A DNA stretch of 64,000 nucleotides from Eledone cirrhosa (lineage: Eukaryota). The position numbers and the translations under genes are program-made. The notes under the pieces are model-generated. The model was not told where the DNA came from. It was given only the letters and a program-made list of their open reading frames with translations, and did no database searches. Positions 11,966-24,299 of this stretch are shown piece by piece. The stretch covers positions 162,254,001 to 162,318,000 of the forward strand of contig OZ024741.1 of assembly GCA_964016885.1 (NCBI GenBank), written 5' to 3'. Positions within the stretch are counted from its first letter, which is position 1, and each line of letters starts with the position of its first letter.

Positions 11966-11968
<3 letters not shown>
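10660..11968 (+). mobile_element. Full-length Tc1/mariner superfamily transposon, DD37D (maT) family
   Basis: 27-bp TIRs (TAGGGTCTGGACGATATTTGTTCGCAA / reverse complement CAGGGTGCGGACGATATTTGTTCGCAA), TA flanks, 1309 bp, internal transposase. Confidence 0.95.
10793..11841 (+). pseudogene. Disabled DD37D transposase
   Basis: ATG 10793; stops at 10937 (TAA) and 11534 (TAG in W-Q-Q-D); 1-bp frameshift near 11564. Motifs FSDEKNF, QDSAPCH and PDCNPLDFFVWG, with 37 residues between D2 and D3 after repair. Confidence 0.93.
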
Positions 11969-12044
<76 letters not shown>

Positions 12045-12047
12045 ATA

Positions 12048-12099
12048 TGAGTGATGGCCGGAGCTTGCTGAAGTAAAATCGGCGACCTTCGTAAAATAA
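12048..12099 (+). repeat. 52-bp dispersed direct repeat, copy 2
   Basis: 48/52 identical to 7058-7109. Confidence 0.9.
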
Positions 12100-12303
12100 T
12101 TGTGTGTATGCATATATATATATATACATATATATATATGTGTATGTGTGTGTGTGTGTTTGTGTTTGTGTGTGTGAATGTATATATAAATATGTGTGTG
12201 TATGTATATATAAATGTGTGTGTGTATGTGTATAAGTCTTTGATTTTATACCAGTTGGTGTGATTGTGTGTGACTGTATTCTATGTATATATTGTGTGTG
12301 CAG

Positions 12304-12355
12304 AGTTTATGGCCCATATATATATATATATATATATATATATGGGCCATAAACT
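12304..12355. repeat. Perfect 52-bp palindrome AGTTTATGGCCC-(AT)14-GGGCCATAAACT
   Basis: Read directly. Confidence 0.95.
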
Positions 12356-12489
12356 GCATAAACTTTATTCATTTAGTGATAGCTATAAAATTTATTAAGT
12401 AAATTATCTAAATGCAATCATCTTTGTTTTTATTTTGATAGTGGTTGTTGTTGTTGTATGGTAAACACATTAAAACATGCTTGGCTGCA

Positions 12490-12735
12490 CATGACATTGG
12501 GTTTGCCAATAACACACTTTCTGTGTTCACGTTATTTTCGTCCCGAAATCGGATTAATCCAATACGATTCATACGAATTAGGATTAAGATAGTAAAAACT
12601 TCAATTGACTGGGCGGTGCTAAAAAACCACACATTTTTCACACGCTGCCGATTCACCCAATGGCAGCCGAGTGATTTGACTTTATTTACTTTTACTTATA
12701 GAGAACTGTCTTCATAAACAAAATCTTTGAAACAC
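12490..12735 (+). promoter_or_regulatory. Putative promoter of the 12994 gene
   Basis: ATTGG 12496, CCAAT 12506/12559/12657, GC box GGGCGG 12611, TTTGAA 12726, in repeat-free sequence upstream of the ATG. Confidence 0.45.
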
Positions 12736-12993
12736 ACAATTCATTACTAAAGTAACCATCGTGACTGAACGTACTGATGAGCAAAAAAATCTCATCACTG
12801 AAATTTTGAAGTACAATCCCGACTTTTTTTTCAGTTTTCCAAGTTTCGCATTATATCACATTTTGTTAACTTAACAAGTGGATACTTACTCTGTAATTTG
12901 CAAGTGTACGGTCTGCTTTGATTGGTATTTCGTGAAAACTGAACGTATAACAACACCTATTTCGGGTTATTGTACAATTATTGAAGCTCGAAC

Positions 12994-13905
12994 ATGGATA
13001 TATCCTTATATGATACTACCAACGGAATGTCCGATTACGACGCCACCAAGTTGCATGAGCTTGTCCTCGGGAAACATTCGATTCTTATTCAGGAACCATC
13101 ATTTAGCAAATCAGCGAAAGCGGATCCAGACGCTAACTGGATTTTTAAAAAGCGAAACATCGATACAAAACTGGAGGAAACAAGTCATTTTCTCCATGTT
13201 TTGCAGAAGCAAATACGTCTGAATGAAATCGAAGATGGTTTGAAAGCGGCAAGAGCCATGAATGATATAAACGATGAAATCGATTTTGATGGTGCTGAGG
13301 AACCCGAAACAACGGAAGCTCTCAAGGCTTTAGAAGATCTTGACGAAAAATTGATGAAAGACAGTGATTGGAGAGATGACATTAAGAAAGAGTGGAGAAA
13401 TTTGCAGAACAATCGCCGTTTCGATGAAAAGGATGTAAATATAAACAATTTGAATGAAGTAAAAGAAGATCTAAAACTTAACTATAAGAATATTTCGGGT
13501 AAATGTCAGACAGAAAAGATAATGAACACCGCCAATTTATTAGAACAAAACGTCATTCCGATTGAAGAAAAGGATGCTGTGTATGTTCTCAACCATTATG
13601 AACAGCTGCAAAATTGGCTTCTTCAGCTGAAGCAGAACTACATGAACATCGAAGAAAAATACGAACCAAATTATATCGCTCTCTTAACTACTGCTAAGAG
13701 ATTGAGTCAAAAGATTAAAGAAGGACGAGTGCTGGCTTGGCTGATAGCTCGCTCTGAGAACACTCCCAGTAAATATAGAATTTCGTTGGGAAGTTGGTTC
13801 CTTGCTAATCTTCCTATTGTTCAAGGCAAGGATAAAGTCAAAGAGCGACTAAAAGAGCACAAAAGAATCGTTCTGATGAAAAAGAAATCATTGAAAGATG
13901 GCGAG
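12994..13905 (+). CDS. Uncharacterised helical/coiled-coil-rich protein, coding exon 1 (304 codons)
   Basis: Long high-complexity ORF; aacATGg context with an in-frame TGA at 12982; strong donor GAG|GTAAGA at 13905/13906 (phase 0). Confidence 0.85.
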
Positions 13906-14186
13906 GTAAGAAATTTCAGTTACAATTAATTTATAATGTTTAAATTATAAATGGATAGGTGTCTTTTCTGTTAGCTTGGTTGGTTAGAACATGATGATGG
14001 TGGTAATGATGATGATAATAGTAATAATTATAAGGTATTTCGTATTGAGAGGACCCCCCCTCCCCTTCATTGTGGTATACCAATTTAAGAAAATTATCTT
14101 TTACACTTATATATATCAATCTTTGTCAATACAGACCACCACTAGTCCCTTTTGGATTAAATGTTTTCATCTCTCTCTCTCTCTCT

Positions 14187-14228
<42 letters not shown>

Positions 14229-14249
14229 TTTGTAAACTTAACATACCTA

Positions 14250-15680
14250 AAAATCTAAAAAGTCTGCAATGTAATACTAATGGCATTAAAACACATTTAT
14301 AGAACTAAGAAATGTTATCAACCTCCACGACATTCATGTAGCAATAATTCAAGAAGCTTTCTTACAAGCAAAAAACAGAACATGAGACATTCCAAATATT
14401 ATTCCAAACCAGACTAGAGTGTTGTAGTGTTATAACAAACCTAAAACATTTAGATATCACCATCAACATTTGTAAACTAATAAGAAAGGACACTACATTT
14501 GAAATATAGATTTTCTAAATAAAGACTAACAACATAAAGCATATTAATATAAAAATATCATATATATCACCAATATTCTCACCTACCGTCCCACCGTTAT
14601 AGCACTTTAATACTCTCAAAACATCATCAATGTACATAAAACCTTCTGGCCTTTAAACAGTATAAATTACAAGATAAGTGGCGTAATATCATTCAAACTC
14701 ATCTTTCTTTACATCTTAAACCACTTATACAAACTCAAATTCACCTCACCGTGTCAACTGCAACAATTTTCCCCAGACATCACCTTCTGTTCCCTACACC
14801 TAATTTCCCCAACACTTTTTCAAACAATTGCCAAATATTTGTTCATAATACCTACCAATTATCATCACAAAACACTCGCAAATCAATGAAACAAAAAAAA
14901 TATGTTTAAAAGTTTAATAGAATGAGTTCTGCCAAGAAAGAGAGTTAGTGTCTTTAGAATTCAATAGCATCACAACCACAAACAGAGACACTCAGTCAGT
15001 AAAATAATCATAAACCACAATAAAACAGTGTACCAGGACACTTCCAGAACTGTCAAAATCCAAAATGTAGTTCTACAAAGATCAGTTCTCTCAACCACAC
15101 TTTTCAACCTGTACTTACACAACTTTCCCATACATACACAGCTGACAATGCACTCATATCCTGTTACCATTCTCCAGACACTACTGCACAACTACTTCAA
15201 TCCCCCAACAAAACTGGCTACCTCCTCAATAACAAACTTAAAGTAACTTCTACTAAGTTTCCATTCTTATTAGAAACAATAAATGAACTCACTAGAATTG
15301 TCCTTACACTCAACATACTACACTCAAGAGTACATAGCACAAACAAAAGACAAAACTACCAGAAGTTACATTCAAATTCTCCACAATATTCATAACATAC
15401 ATAGAAGATATAGAAAAGAAAGAAAAACGTCACCCAAATAATCACAGATACTACATTAAGCCAACAAAAAGAAACAACAATGGTATACAATCAATGCATC
15501 AGATCCATCATGGACTATGCCTGACATTTCATGGCTCCCATTATCTCTGTTTAAACCACAACAAACTACAAAAGCAGAAAACTGTGCACTCTGTATCATA
15601 ACAGGTTGTATGCACACCACCTACACACTGAAACAAAAATATTAAAAATTAAAGCCCACCTGAACATGCAAGGGGTTTAC
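14250..15680 (+). mobile_element. Heavily decayed, internally deleted LINE (I/Jockey-like) in intron 1
   Basis: LQCNTNGI and HDIHVAIIQE (APE-like), VLQRSVLSTTLFNLYLHNFP (RT PQGSVLSPxLFN motif), YNQCIRSIMDYA and IITGCM..ETKIL. Confidence 0.75.
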
Positions 15681-17156
15681 TTTGTTGCCATAGCATGTTT
15701 TAACCTCCTATAGTTCCTGTCGGAGCGTGAAAAAAGGCCCCCAAACAAAATTATGTGACGCAGACTTCCGAATATTGCTACATACTGAAACGAGTGACTT
15801 TCCAAGGGAAACTATCTTGAACGCTTGAGACAACATCGTCTCTTTCATGTCTGATAAACAGCGCGGATAAAGACTCGCTGGTGCCAAAGCCCAGATATTT
15901 TATTTTATTGAAAAGATAGATATTTGTGGGGGCGATAAAAATAATCTGGTAAATAAATTTCCAACACTAAAGGGATAAGCTCAAAGATTTTTTATCGTCT
16001 CTTCCTCAGAATTTTTAGGTGAATTAGTAAGGAAGCTTCACTGGCAATATTTAGGAACACAAATGATATTGCAACAAGAAGTGGCCTCCAACTATGACTG
16101 TCCAATTTCGTACACGGTGTTGTGAAACCTTCAGAAGCACACTAATATTGAGGGTTACATTAAGCCTGATAGCTGTTAATTTCATATAAAGTTGTTTAAA
16201 GTGTTGTTTAGTATGTCAAAATGTTCAAACTTTCCTGCTGTTCGTGTTGCACTGAGGTGATCAGTAGAAGAAATATTTTACAGGACGTTTTAGAAACTGA
16301 GAAGAAATACAAAGGAGACCATAGCTTCCAAATGTTGAAAATGCTGTCTCAGACTGTTAATAAGTTCTATAAATATAGTTGCTATGTTGGCTTTTCATTT
16401 GGAGAAATGTTCCCAGCATTCCATATATATTGATACAGTATTGATAAACAGTGAGATTTAGTTTCATTTAGTGCTTGTCATGCAGAACCTTTTAATTTGT
16501 GTGCGTGTGAGAGAGAGATAGAGAGAGAGGGAGAGAAAGAGAGCGAGAGAGAGTGTGTGTGTGTGAGAGAGAGAGGTGTGTGTGTGTGTTCTTGTTCGTT
16601 AGTACACCTGTTATGCACCAACCAATAAGATCAAAATTGGCTTCTGTACAAGTGATTCATTACATGGCTGTATATAGATAGGTTATTTTCTATTCTAATT
16701 TGTAAGATACTGTTACTATTTTGATTTGCGATTATGTTTGATCTGCAGTTATGTAACTTATAACAATAAGTTACAAAACTGTGCCAAAAAACCCTAACTC
16801 ACTTTGCTAGTTTCTTTTGATTATTTCTATTCAAATCTACGCAAACAACTTGTAAAATTTGAATCGTCTAGATTATTTCAATTTTCTCTTAGATCTTATA
16901 AAAACGTAATCATTAAACATTAAGATCAGTAATTAATTTTCCCCGTTTGTACTATATGCTTATAGGCCAACAGTTGATTAGGTTACGATTCTCCTTTGTA
17001 GATATTGAGAAAAAATTCCACTCATAAACATTTGAGGTGGTGAGTTTCAATTAACAATGAATATGCTTTTCTATAACTTATTGTTTGTTGTTAGATGGCG
17101 TTTTCCAAGCAAACAAGAGATGGTTTCTATTTTACTAGTGATAATTAAACCATATA

Positions 17157-17292
17157 GGAGGCGAACTGGTAGAGTCGTTTGAACGTCGGATAGAATGCTT
17201 TACTATATTCGTTCAAATCTCATCGAAGTCAACTTCGCCTTTCATCCTTTCGAAGTCGATAAAAAAAGCACCAGTCCAGTGCTGGGCTCGAT
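17157..17292 (+). mobile_element. Family A SINE
   Basis: GGAGGCGAACTGGTAGAGTCG head; GTCAACTTCGCCTTTCATCCTTTCG core. Confidence 0.8.
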
Positions 17293-17419
17293 TCGCTCTC
17301 TCCCTCTCTCTCTCTCTCAAATCTAGAGAAACATAAAAAGAATTGACAAAGAATTACTGTAAATGTCAATCAGTGGAATTTAATTATTGGAGACATGACA
17401 TTACTAATAATACTCTCTA

Positions 17420-17608
17420 AAATTGGTACATTGAGGAGGAGAAACTCGATTATATCGATCTCAGTACTTGATTGGGACTTTATTTTATAGATCTCAGAAG
17501 TATGAAAGGCAAAGTTGATACTAGTGGGATTTGAACTCAAAACGTAAAAAACCTTAAATGCCGCAAAGCATTTTGTTCGACGCCCTAACGATTCTGCCAA
17601 TCCACCAC
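17420..17608 (-). mobile_element. Family A SINE
   Basis: ATGAAAGGCAAAGTTGA..GGATTTGAACTC..GATTCTGCCAATCCACC. Confidence 0.8.
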
Positions 17609-18399
17609 ACTGTTAGCACGAGACTGTTAGTTATTGACACAAGAATAGCAGTGCATGTTAAAACTAACATTTTTCTGGAGCCTAGACGTTCATCACGCCT
17701 GAACGAATTCCGGTATCATATGGCATAAAAGACTAAATTTGTTCAATACAAAATTAATCCCCAGCTGATACTGGAAATCATTGGAAAAAAATTTAGTTGA
17801 ATGGACAGGAGCAAAGAAAACAGTCTTGCTAAAGGACACAACGTAGCGCCCGGTCTGGACATGTAACCAACTGAGCCGCGCGTTTTCGTATCTTTGTCTA
17901 TAACTGCTACTGATTTTATAGATCTCTCCAGATAACAACTTTAGCTCCTGTATGTTTTAAACTCATAGGGTAGAAAAACAAAACCATTTTATGTTGTGTA
18001 AAATACTGTGGATGAAGTATTTATCAAAGATGCTTATATGAAAGCATATACAATATGTTTATGTATAATAATCACACATAAATCTCATTGTGGATATTTT
18101 AAACTGTATTCATGACACAGCTACCTCAATAACCGTCTGAGTACGCTAAATACTAGTATTTCAAAATCTTTGCCCACCTACAGTTACTTTTACATACGCG
18201 GTACTGAAGTAAAATAAGCTGATAGCATAAAAACATATTTTTGCAAATAAGATGCATTTGCATATAGTGAGTGCCTTACAGGCTGGTGTTAATTAGCAGT
18301 AGCTCTAACACAGCGGGATTCAGAAGTATTTATTGTAAAAGCAATAGTCAAATTATCTCCCTTAGAGTATATTTAATTGCTAAAACGAATGACGGTTGC

Positions 18400-18635
18400 A
18401 TAAGCGATCAACAGGGGAACATTTACATGGTCTTTCGACCTGCTAGAAATAGCCATCAAAACACCTTTAATCACACCCCACGCCACCCCGTCATGCAAAC
18501 CGACACATTGGGTAATGTGGTCCTTCATTCCCTTACACATAAGAAAATGACGCGATGGTTACGGCTAGAATTCATGTAATTATAGGTCTGCTCGATAAGT
18601 GCTGACCTGAAACTAAACACCAATAACAGCAGCAA
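18400..18635 (+). repeat. Dispersed ~230-bp repeat family; related pieces near 23320, 39650, 40880, 43700, 45780, 46040, 46370
   Basis: Shared TGCTAGAAATAGC..ATCACACCC and GGTCTGCTCGAT..GACCT motifs in both orientations. Confidence 0.65.
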
Positions 18636-18875
18636 TGATTACATATAAGAAATTAACGTGAAGTCAAAAATATAACAATGAAAATAAAACATTTAAAACA
18701 AAAACTATATAACATTATTGGACAGAGGACAAGATCTGAACCGAATAAAAATATAAATGAAATGTTTGCTTTAAAATATTGTATTAATAAATAAATTAAC
18801 AAATTAATATTTGAACTTCATATTTAATCTCTTGTTTGCCTAATTAATCACGTTGAAATTTATTTTTCTTTGCAG

Positions 18876-18911
18876 TTTTCGACACGGCATCCCGAATTAA
18901 TTTCAAGGGCG
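18876..18911 (+). CDS. Coding exon 2 (36 nt, FSTRHPELISRA) of the 12994 gene
   Basis: TTTATTTTTCTTTGCAG| acceptor and GCG|GTAAGT donor; phase 0-0; open in the frame continuing exon 1. Confidence 0.7.
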
Positions 18912-19134
18912 GTAAGTACGAATGGCTTATATTATAATCTTAGTTATTCCCCTTGATAAAAAAAAAAAAAAACTGCTGAAATTTATCACGAGGCACATGA
19001 CATATTTAGTTAAACATAAATTATCGCCCCCATTTTCTTTCTTTTTTTCTTCTTTTTTTCTCCATTTCAATATTGATTCTTATTGTATCTGAACATACAT
19101 AGTCTATTTTTCCTATATCTATTACGTGATAAAC

Positions 19135-19523
19135 TTCTTCGCGCACATATTTCTGAGAGGGTCATGGGGACAGAGTCCTCAAAAACTTCTTTTAGCGGGT
19201 CCTGTCAGAAACAACCGTCTCCAATTGATCCAGCTGGATTCACAAACGAGACCAGCCACGTTCATAGATGTTATCCAACCATCTTGCTCGGGGCCTACCC
19301 CTGGGTCTCCGGTCGATTGGTTTTGCTCATAAAATCTGTCCAGTGATTCTTTCCTGAAACATTCTAACCATATGCCCATAGTATGGGAGTTGTGATCTCT
19401 CAATTCGGAGAAGTAGCGACTCTACATGGAGTGACTCTCTGATCTTCGAGCTACGCATTCTATCGAGTAACGTTACTCCAAAGACCCTTCGGAGGAATCC
19501 CCTTTTGGCCGCTTGTATTCGCA

Positions 19524-19526
<3 letters not shown>
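19135..19526 (-). mobile_element. RTE-clade LINE 3' fragment
   Basis: [59 protein letters not shown] is the RTE ORF C-terminal signature, with stops. Confidence 0.9.
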
Positions 19527-19608
<82 letters not shown>

Positions 19609-19702
19609 ATGTGTGTGTGTATGTGTGTGTGTGTGTAAATGAAGTAATTCCGTCAGAAAGGTCCAGGACCTTTATATATATATATAAATATACACACACA
19701 TA

Positions 19703-19739
<37 letters not shown>

Positions 19740-20736
19740 TATATATATATATATATCCGGACTGGTTATATATATGTGTGTGTGTATAGTTGAAAAAATA
19801 TATATATATAAATTTTAGTTCCGCAGAAACACTATACATATTTTAATATACATATATTAATGATGTAAGACATAGGCGATTTCATCAGGTGTTGATTGCA
19901 GAATTTGTTATAGGATTACGACAGTGAGTTCTACAGTTTCAGTTTGTTTTCGTCAAGAAACAAGTTGAAACCACAATGCTGGCGGTCGATTTTCTACTTC
20001 TAATAATTATATAGATAAATATTCATATTTGTTTTCTCATTTCCTCAAACTAAGTCTGAATAAATTTTAGGAATCATACGTTTAAAATTTTGAAGTTATC
20101 CACGTAACTTCCTGCATGAAACATTCATAGTTTACTGAGTATTAATCAGGTGACATAGGCCAGGAAAATATGATACACACACGCATCATAGATAATTATA
20201 TTTAATAATAGTTTCAGGTAAACACACACACAACCACACAAATTAAAGAAAAGAATCCATCTCAAATGTATGTATTATTAATAGGATGAAAACTTAATAT
20301 GTCCGTGTATATATAACACTTTGGTTTCTCTCTCTGACATGTATGTATGTATGTATGTATGTATGTATGTATGTATGTGTATGTATGTATGTATGTATGT
20401 ATGTATGTATTTATAAACTGGGTGTTACTCTTATATTTCCTATAGGCCAATAATCAGTGGTCTTTTCCTTAGTGACTTATTGTAATGTATTACAGTAAGT
20501 CACGTCAGAGTAACATCTGTCGTGATACACACACACCTATGTTCTTTATTGAAGCCAATTTTGAGTTTTGTTATTCTGAAACTTCCCCTGTTTTAATCAC
20601 AGGCTCATTTGACAAGACACGTGGCCTTAATAAACAGTATTTATCTCCAATACCGTATTGAGTGCTCATTCTCGCGACCGTTAATACATATGTATGTATC
20701 TATGTATGTATGTGTACATGTTTATTATATATATAT

Positions 20737-20772
<36 letters not shown>

Positions 20773-20890
20773 CGTATGTGGCTGACGGCTGACAGAAAGG
20801 AGTACTCAATACCGAAGTAGAGTTTTAATATTCATTTATTAAGGCTAAACTCCTGTGTAACAAGACTCAGTATTTAACCTTAATAAATGA

Positions 20891-20938
<48 letters not shown>

Positions 20939-21656
20939 ATCTTTGTGCGTGTGTGAGTGTGTAAACAGGTAATGTTAACCTAAATTTATATTTTATGAAG
21001 GAAATTATTGTTACATGATATTTATCGTTGTTTGTGTAGTCGTTAAAATATGCCTGTTCAAATTCAATTATAAATGGAATGTTCTTTAAAGCAGGTAATG
21101 GTAAATAGGTAGAAGCTATTGGATTACATTTGTAGTTTAATATTCCTTTATGTGTAAATTGTGTCAGTGTATGGGAGAGGTAAAAGTCGATTGACTCTAT
21201 ACCCATGGTTTTTTAGAGCAATCGACAGGCAATTTGATATGTGAACTTGAGATCAGAAATGTGAGATACTTAAATACATAGTGTAAAACGTTCAATGTGA
21301 TATTCTACCCTATATGTCAATTTCAATAGTAAGTTTTTGTTTGCTGTTTAGTCAGGGATGGAAGGGTTGTGCTCATGACCCTTTTCATGGTCTCAAAGAC
21401 TGGTTGGTGGGCGGAAGGGAGAAATTATCCTCAAGCCGGAGTTCTGATCCGAATTCTTGTTTTCTCTTGTAGTAATTTTCAAAATGAGCGCTATCGCCCT
21501 GGTAATGGAGCTGGGAAAGCAAGAGTGGGATAGCAAGGAATAGTGAGGGAGAAAAGGGGCAAAACATACAAATTAATAGATTCTCGTAAAACTGTCACCT
21601 TTAGTTATTCAATAGATTTAATTTTCAATGTATAATTTTTTTTATCAATTTTACAG

Positions 21657-21692
21657 AGGGAGAGGGAATATATTCGCCAAAAGGGATTCTAA
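21657..21692 (+). CDS. Putative terminal coding exon 3 (REREYIRQKGF*) of the 12994 gene
   Basis: TTTTTTTTATCAATTTTACAG| acceptor; phase 0 reading ends at TAA 21690-21692. Confidence 0.55.
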   Translation, partial: REREYIRQKGF

Positions 21693-21800
21693 TGTCCGAC
21701 ACTGTAACTGAGGTGAACTAAAAATTGGGACTTCGACTTTCGTCTCACCGAAAACACCTTTTACTTCAAATTACAAGCATTTTGTATGAAGTCATAAACT

Positions 21801-21866
<66 letters not shown>

Positions 21867-22944
21867 TCTATCTATCTATCTGTGAGTGTGTGGGGTTTTT
21901 TGTTGTTTTTTTTTACCAAAATACAACATTATACCTGAAAGAATGAGTATGATAAATAGATTTGCTTGAGAAAACAATTCTGGCTGGTCATTTCGAAAGA
22001 ATTTCGCTGAACCCGTTACAAACATACGTAAACACACACGCACACACACACGCACAGTGCGTTCGATAAAATGCCATTTCGTTATTTGTTCTGGGTGTTT
22101 ACATTCTGAGGTCAAATCCTGCCACGGTCAACTTTTACACTTTATCGGGGACAATAAAACAGCGTACCATTCAAATACTGGGCTTGATTTAATCAACTTT
22201 TCCCTTTCCCTGAAATTTGCCTTATGCCTCTATTAGAAATCAATATTAATAGTGGGGGTGATTTTGATTTACGTAACTACAAAGCCATTAAAATCAATCA
22301 AATACATCCATCACATCATCATCGTTTGGCTGCACTAGCAGACAGCCACAATCGTCCTCTAACCATTGCAGCTTCCCTAATCAGTTGTATGTCCTGTGAT
22401 TAATTCTGGTCGTAGGTAGGATTTGAAACCTTAGGTGAAATTTGTACACCCTGAACAGATCTCATCTCATCCGATGGTCTAACAATTCCAACAATCCACC
22501 TCTCATGGACTAGTACTTAACTTTATCTACCCTAATAGAGATAGCAGGTAAAGCTAACCTCAACGCGATTTGAACTCGGGGCGCAGAGAACTTAAACAAA
22601 TCCCTCAACATATTTAGTCCGATGTTCTAATATCTCTGCTAGTTAGCTGCTTATATATACATGAGTCATTTTCTATCGACGAAATATCTTATTACAAAGT
22701 GGTGGGTTTTTGTATCAGTGTAAAAGAAATCAATATTATCAAGTAAATTATTTTAATTTAATCACAACTTCCATTGTTGTTGCCAAATTCTATCTGTTTG
22801 GACAGTAGACAAGTAAATGTATATAGTTTCCCGTCGCTATGCTGCCATACGTAGACTAGTGATAAGCCCAGGAACATTTTTTAGCAATATCATTTAGTGA
22901 TTTGTTTCAAGAATTTACAACAATTAAACTAAAAGAAATGTTCA

Positions 22945-23205
22945 ATAGGCGATGAATTGACAGAGTATTAGCGGTATTCGTTTCGGCTCTCTATGTTCTC
23001 TGATTTCAATTCTTATCGAGGTTAACTTTGCTTTCATCCTTTCAGGTCGATAAAAAAGTACCCGCTCGGTAGTTACTGCCCCCCCCCTCTCTCTCTGTGG
23101 AAGAAATCGGATGTTCAGACCTGGAGAGGGGATGAGCTCGATTTAAAGTGCCCTAGACGGCGCACCTATGAAACTCCATCAGGAGTTATGGGTCCTATAC
23201 ATTAC
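22945..23205 (+). mobile_element. Family A SINE + (C/CT) linker + tail module
   Basis: Core CTTTCATCCTTTCAGGTCGATAAAAAAGTACC then CTCTCTCTGTGGAAGAAATCGG..CAGGAGTTATGGGTCC. Confidence 0.75.
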
Positions 23206-24299
23206 ACATTTTCAATAGGCATCGTCATTTACTGAGCTGGAATTGTCTTAGTGGGGTGGGGTGGTTCATTACGCAAAGTGTCACCGTACTTGTATATTTC
23301 TTTCAGTCAACAAGTGTTTCTACGTGGTTGCTCAATCTGTGAGAAATAGCAGCCAGATTTTCCCCAAATTACATCCTACGAGATTTAACAAAGAACACAT
23401 TAGCTGCTGCAATCGAGAAAACACAATACCTAGAAAATATAAACGAGTCGGTCATGATTATGAGTCTGCTCGATATGGGCTAACGTAAGGTTGAACAGGC
23501 AACTTATCAATATATTCAGATAAGGTGCAGCAACAAATGAAATTGCTTTAATCCATCTAGTTTGATGCATTCCTCTGTGGTTCGTTTACTTATTTACCCC
23601 CACTTAAGTCGAAAAAAGCCAAGTATTATTATCCGTACACCAACCAACTCTTCAATTATTCAAATAAATAAATAAGAAGGAAATCTTTAATCGGATAATG
23701 GTCTTGAGAGAAGAAATTGGCGTAAACATTACTGATTGCTATCATGGTTGAAATTAAGTTGCTTGTTTACATACGGATCTTGTATAATTCAAAGTAATTC
23801 AATAATTCAAGAATCACAAATCTTGCTTCATTAAACCAAAAGTACAAGCTGATCTTTTTTATATATAGATTATAATAACAAAAAAAATCCAACAATCTTT
23901 AAGCAAATGTATTTCTAATTGAAATCACCATGCATATTAAAACACTGATCGATTGAAATTCAGATACGCGTTATTCATCTTTCAAATGGACCCAAAATAA
24001 TACTAGAATATTATAAAAAGCGAAAAGAAATATGCAATTTCCTTTTCAATATTTTTTTTATTCAATTTTTAAAAAAAGCTGATCAGAGAATAATTTGAAG
24101 AGAATACTGAATAATTTTAGAACATCCATCTCCGGTAGAGCAAGCAACAAGATTAGTTCTGGCGATCGAGATAATAGATGAATATTAAATAGCGCTATAA
24201 AGGGAAATAATTGTCAAGCGCCTGGTAAGAAAACCTGCTCAATTTTGATTGGTTAAAAAAATCGGGCCATACTGAAGTGGGCGTGTTAGAGAAAAAAAG

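Noticed and set aside
12774-12806. CTGATGA...GAAA in the putative 5' UTR, resembling a hammerhead
   Set aside because: TGATGAG pairs with CTCATCA, sequestering the core; no stem I or III.
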